Shown here one piece after another: positions 58,614-64,000 of a DNA stretch of 64,000 bases. The translations under genes and the position numbers were made by a program. Under the pieces are notes generated by a model. It was not told where the DNA came from, ran no database searches, and worked only from the letters and a program-made list of their open reading frames with translations. Where the stretch lies: the NCBI GenBank assembly GCA_012295275.1, contig CM022676.1, forward strand, positions 16,430,001 through 16,494,000, read 5' to 3'. This stretch comes from Chrysomallon squamiferum. Lineage: Eukaryota; Animalia; Mollusca. The stretch's first letter is position 1. Each line of letters begins with the position of its first letter.

Positions 58614-61600
58614 TTTAAGTGGAGACTAAGTAGCCATTATTAAGATATTTGTCCACTTCATAGCTGTTGATGCTCTATGTGCATTATCACTTTAGATTAC
58701 AATAAAGCGTTTGATAGGTTGTCGCAATCAAGATATTTTTGAGGTACACTTATGTAACAGGGTCAGGGAGCAATGAGCCATCCTATGACACATGATCTCA
58801 GTCAGAGAAAATAGCTAGAAACAAGACTAATGCATTTTTCAAAAATAATTTCTTTATAAATTTCATCGCAGATGCACATACTGTATAAACTAATGAGCTA
58901 ATTACATTTTCAACACAGAAACCTTTATGCTTAGTCTTTTCAAATACACTGCGTGCTATTGACTTGCTGTCCATGGTTTCAGTGCAGTTTCAGAGTTCCA
59001 AACTAATTCTGAATCTATCACGATTAAACCCGTCATAACTGACACTCAACTGTACGATTCCCTTCTGCCTTTTAGTAGTTTTCACATCAGGCTTAGGAAT
59101 GACACTCGACTGAGCTAATTATTTCCTGCTCAGACTCAGTAAATGCATATGACTTAGTGTGCTGGGAGATTTTCTGAGAAATTTGACTACATGGTCCACT
59201 TCGTCAACTTTTTGTTTGTGATGTCTTTACAATGATGTAGTGAAAAGTGCTCCGCTTTAGGCATATTTAATAATCACATAATCACGTGACTTAGGGGCTT
59301 TGTCCTGAAATATAACAGGTGCATCTTAATGAGACTTCTGTCTGTCTTCTGTTCTTTCTTTACACGCATTCTTCTTATATCAGATACAACACTTAATACA
59401 TACGCAGAAGAAAAGTAATACTAGTAATCAATTATCTATTAATGAACACTGATTTCAGTGCTGTATTTTTATTGTTTTCAAATGCAGCGAGGGACAACGA
59501 GCCACCTTCCTATTGGATCCCATAGAAATTTCACATTGTTCCCTCCATCACTTTCATTATGTTAGCACAGTGTACCAGAGAACATAATGGCTGATCGACT
59601 ACAACTGCATTTAGCAGTGAAAGAAATACTAAATTAAATTAAAACAAATTAATAGTAGAATAGTAGTAGTTACAGTAAATGCAATAGATGTTGTCATCGT
59701 GGTGCTTACTATATGTATGTACACATGTGTGTACGTATATGTATTTTTCAGGGTTACAAACACAGGCTAATAAGATTAACGTAACAGAGGCAGCAACAAC
59801 AACAACAACGTCGACTCTGTTAGATACATCTGGCTCAAGAAGTAATGTATCTTCCTAATTTATTTATGTATCTTTCTCTTTGAATATTAAACATATACGA
59901 CCACAAATACAAAAGACAAATGTACGTACCACTTCTATAACAGATTCGGTATCTTTACTACTAAAATTATACGTTTTCAATACACGACTGTCAAGTAGTG
60001 TTTTCTGTGTTCAGAAATAACAACAAACAAATTGCGTATTAATTATTAGTTAACATAGTCAGGTCGGATCATCTGTGGTATCAGTAAATCTAGACAATCA
60101 GCACTAAATATAAGAGATTAGAGTATTAATTATAAGTTAACCTTTTATTTAAAAATACAAATAAAAATGATTGTTGGTATTAAGGTTTGGAAAATAAAAA
60201 AGATCTTTACTAATGTGACACTAAGAACACAACATTTGATTCAGTCAGCAGTGATGCAACTTCTGATATTTTCATTTGGCACAATTTTTTTGACAAATTA
60301 CTGTTAACACTGAAAGAAGGAATACGGACAATTGCTCACTAACAGCTGATGATTTTTCTCCTTCTTCAATAGCATTTTATTTTAGGTTGTGGTATGTGTG
60401 TGTAGATGGTTCGGTTGTTGTGCGAATCTCATAAATAAATAATCAAAATAAACAAGTTAAAATTACTTCTAAATCAACTATGGAAACAAAAATATATAAT
60501 ATTGATAATTAAGTGATTTGTGTAATTAACATAACTTTAAAGATGTGCCTTTAGAAATTTTATTAATAAAAAATCAAAACTAATACTCTCACAGAGGCAT
60601 ACATATATACAGACACGCACACAAACACATAGACACACATGGATATAATAAATAGAGACCTCAATGGGTACCAGCATAACTCTGAAAGTTTACGTAATTG
60701 TGAATCCAGCATCTACATTTACATGGTACAAATTAACAGATGTTATTACACACAGACTTGGACACGCTACATCGAATACAAAGGAAAAGTCTGCTTTGGG
60801 GTTTTACAGTTTAACACACATTCAAATCACACACTTTGGAATATATCAAGTTGTAGATTCACATTGATCTACTCGGAAAAATCTTGTGAATAATTTCATA
60901 GTTTTATTTTGCATTTGTCTATTCATTTCACCTTTCAATCACTTTTTGGTTGTTCTTGTTCATTATCTTGTTCTTTTTTGCATTCTTGTTTTCAAATGTA
61001 CAATTTCGTTATATTTCTGATATCATCATGTTTTTCAACGTCAGCTGACCTGACTATCTTTTTGCCTACAAGGTCCACCGAGCATTCCTTCCAGTGTGAA
61101 TGTACAGAAATTCTGCTCTTCCTCCATCTCAGTGTCTTGGACAGAGGAATTTAACGGCGGCTTCGTGCAAACATTCATAGTACAGTACAGAGAAAGGACG
61201 TCAACACAGTGGAACAACGTCACAGAGACATTTCTAGAACGTGGTCTACATACAACCCATACAACAGTGATAGCATCTCTGAAATCAGACACGAAGTATC
61301 TTGTGAGGATTTTGGCTTATAACAAATACGGAGATAAATGTTTTACAGAGGAGAGAGATATTGTAACAGCAGGTACATATATTAATAACAAGGTAAAAGG
61401 TACGTTAGTACAGTTGTGCATCATATCATCTTATTTGCTTTCAGTCTTGTTAGACTTTCTTTTTTTTTTTTTAACCCGAAACGTTTGTGAAATCGCCACT
61501 TATTTTACGTTATCTTCTACATTTGAAACAAATTTAAATATACATATATATATATATATATGTATATAATGGAGAGACTGCAATATTAATAATACAGCAT

Positions 61601-63830
61601 TATTCTCTTCTTTTTTTCTGTTTTTTTTTGTTGCCTAAACCGGTATACGATTTGCATTGGTATCTAACTGGAAACACCTTTTTATTTTCTTGGCAACCGT
61701 TTACACAGTGTAAAATAACTGTTTTTAACAACTTTAAGACTCAGATCATCAAAGTTCGGCTAACCCGCCACAGCAATTCCACTCAGTGACTGAATTATTC
61801 ATTAGGAGAAAATACGGGTGTTATTTTCAATTTTTCCTTCTGTTTGGATGTTCTTGCTGTTGTTTTCTGTTTCTTTTTTTCTTTTCTTTTTTGTGTTTGC
61901 TGTTGTTTTTTTCTGTGTTTTTCTTTTTCTTTTTTTTTTTCTCTGGAAGATTCAAATATGTTGCTTCCATTTCTTCCTCCAGAGAACTCAGTTTTATTTT
62001 TCTTGGAAGAATTAAATGTCTCAGGCTCAGTTTAACCTTTTTCTTAACTTTCCATGTAGCACATTCACGTTATTATATTTACTTTGTTTTATTTTTGCAT
62101 GCTTTGGTTTCATCGTTTAACTGGCCACAGAGGACAAAAGTCCTCTTCCGAATGTAGAGTTGAACAAGTCAGTGAGATACACTGACCTGATATCAGTGTA
62201 TTCATTGGAATTAGTTCATTGTTCTATCGAATGTTAAATCTCTTCACTGATGTTACATCTTAAGGAGACAAATTATAAAGGGTTTCGTTATTGTCAAGTT
62301 CAGACAAATCTCGAGATTTTACCACTCCTGTGGTAGAATTAAGGGAAGAATTCGCTTTGAATGTGATGTTCACTTTACACAGAATATTTGCTTTTAGAAA
62401 GCATTTGACACGTTTTTAAATCAAGCATTCGACTCACAAAATACGATCCTCATTTTCTTTACCGTCTTCGGACATCCTGCCTGTCCAACAATTCACTTCT
62501 GGATTGTAAAACTGATAAGGAAGAATAGTGGAAGGTGCTGACATGTAGCTTAGTTTTAATTATTATTACATTTTGTTCACGGATTCTTACTGTTAGACGA
62601 TAGTGAATCAGAAGGTTCGATGTCGACTTTTTAAGGGTCCAATAAAAATCTGTTTCTTGGTTTCTTTTGGACCTCTATTTGGTTCTATATAATTCACCAG
62701 TCACCAACTCGAACAAGGGACTGTTGCACGTAACCTCCAGTGAGACATGAAAAGGAAAGATGTTTGATATACTTGTACAAAATACATTAAATCAACCTTT
62801 TAACCCTAGCCACTGCCCCAAGAGCAACAAATATGGGAAGTCCGGGCCATAGTGATCTATTATCAATGTATTGTATTGTTAATTACTCGGTTGCAGACAT
62901 AAACCATGACGAAATAAGGCGACTCACACAAATGTTCAAACTTGCACCACTTTACTGGTTCCTTTATTTTTGTTCCTTTCTATTTTCTGTCATATCTTGT
63001 AAGCTTTATTTGTGTGTATTTACTGTGGCATAATATATACCCATTTAGTCTATATTTTCTTACAGTGTACACGTCTCAAATTATAATACTTTTCTATAGT
63101 ATTTCTTTACTCAGTTTAACAAGTGTGTTTTCAGATGAGGTATGTAATGAAAATGTGACAGCAGTGGCTGTTGGATCTGGATCAGGGACACTCGTCTTAA
63201 CTCTTCTTGTTATTGGAATTATTTTCATATGTCGTAGACTGAAAAAAGGTTCATACTTTTGATTCTTTGCTGTGTTATTTGTACTGTGCGAACGTGCATT
63301 TGAGTGCATCTTCTTCTGTGTGTATATGTGCTTATGTACATGTATGTGTGTGTGTGAGAGAGAAAGAGAGAGAGAGAGAGTGATGAGCATCAGTAATACA
63401 ATTTGAAAGAAAAAAGAAATACATTTTGTAAGAAGAGAAAGTATAATAATTATATGTAATTTCATAATTATCATATTCATGTTATTTATTATTATTATTA
63501 TTGTAATTATTATTACTGTTATTATTATTATTATTGTTATTATTATTATTATTAATACTTTTAATATTATAAAATAACAGATATTTTTTCGATTATTTTA
63601 TTTAATATAACAAATATTGTGATAATTTTTACCAGATGACGTCATCTGTATTATGCTTTTGTGGAAACCATTTTTCCTTTTAAGAACTTTACTAGCAATA
63701 AATTAGAATTCTAATTTTTGGTTTTATTATTATTATTTTTTTTATTATTTGTTTTTAGTTTACACCTGCAATTTTTATTTAAATGTTGTTTTTCAGGAAA
63801 TGGAAAAGACAAACATGAGTATGAAAAAAG
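56391..63830 (+). CDS. Gene E: leader, V-like(x2), Thr-rich stalk, FN3, TM, Tyr-tail receptor (3' partial)
   Basis: An open, phase-compatible path: 56391-56457, 57437-57790, 58175-58519, 59752-59841, 61073-61372, 63135-63248, 63797-63830. It continues beyond the window. Confidence 0.8.
56530..57300. repeat. Degenerate (GTA/ATA)n low-complexity region
   Basis: Eroded trinucleotide repeat that produces spurious ORFs. Confidence 0.85.
57437..57790 (+). CDS. Gene E Cys-rich V-like domain 1
   Basis: KGHIMIMTCRV...IKFVHK...VCDCVQRGDTCNCNSTQSYICRC...EDDTGVWFCG. Confidence 0.85.
58175..58519 (+). CDS. Gene E Cys-rich V-like domain 2
   Basis: NQNFTFVCSV...ITFKRGDENICTCKYKTATC...NYRC...YTLTISSLSDNDYKSWTCS. 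Confidence 0.85.
59752..59841 (+). CDS. Gene E Thr-rich stalk microexon
   Basis: RLQTQANKINVTEAATTTTTSTLLDTSGSR with tttttcag and gtaatg sites. Phase 1-1. Confidence 0.65.
60656..60867 (+). pseudogene. Ig-like exon relic with stop codon in gene E
   Basis: TSMGTSITLKVYVIVNPASTFTWYKL...QITHFGIYQVVDSH*. The acceptor is weak and no clear donor was found. Confidence 0.65.
61073..61372 (+). CDS. Gene E FN3 exon
   Basis: SSISVSWTEEFNGGFVQTFIVQYRE...LKSDTKYLVRILAYNKYG, paralogous to 7186-7485. Confidence 0.92.
61690..62860 (-). mobile_element. Degenerate 5' part of a LINE (I/Nimb-like ORF1 plus start of endonuclease)
   Basis: Minus-strand remnants VLCGQLNDETKACKNK and RECATWKVKK (gag-like Zn knuckles), a Lys-rich linker, then IIQ..WNC.G..ANFDDL resembling the APE start. 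Confidence 0.5.
63135..63248 (+). CDS. Gene E transmembrane exon (uncharged)
   Basis: DEVCNENVTAVAVGSGSGTLVLTLLVIGIIFICRRLKK. Confidence 0.88.
63797..63830 (+). CDS. Gene E 34-bp cytoplasmic microexon (HEYEK)
   Basis: GNGKDKHEYEK with tttcag and gtaatg sites. Confidence 0.8.
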
Positions 63831-64000
63831 GTAATGTTAACTGACAGTACAGGTGAATACAGTTTAAATTGTTTGGTAGCTGTGTTGATGCATATATGTC
63901 CTCCTTCACAGCAGTGATTACACATTTCAGTCCTTACACGAGTATATTTATTATGCAAATGAAAGGTTAAGAGTCTCCTGATAAAACATCCTATCCTGTT

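Overview
This is AT-rich, microsatellite-rich animal genomic DNA. The repeat content and domain styles suggest a lophotrochozoan, probably a mollusc, but that is inference. Manual GT-AG exon reconstruction shows a tandem cluster of five single-pass receptor genes or pseudogenes. Gene A (+, 5' end outside the window) is SRCR x3, Ig x2, FN3, a charged TM and a 4-residue tail ending in TAG, followed by relic Tyr-motif exons. Gene B (-) is a heavily disabled V-like, Ig x7, FN3 pseudogene. Gene C (-) is probably functional: leader, V-like, Ig x4, FN3, TM and a tail with a canonical ITAM (YECL-x7-YEKL). Gene D (-) is a partly disabled paralog. Gene E (+, runs off the 3' end) is leader, 2 Cys-rich V-like domains, a Thr-rich stalk, FN3, TM and a Tyr tail. 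The genes are mosaics. Leaders and membrane-proximal or signalling blocks are shared at high identity in different combinations, while the N-terminal V-like domains are barely alignable. The arrangement resembles a paired, polymorphic immune or allorecognition receptor complex (compare Hydractinia Alr, Biomphalaria PTC/GRC, vertebrate LRC/SIRP). An orphan Tyr-motif tail exon and a ~210-bp inverted repeat pair flank gene D. Transposon relics (Tigger/pogo, LINEs, a tRNA-SINE, a MITE) lie in introns and spacers. All coordinates were read by eye, and no database search was possible.
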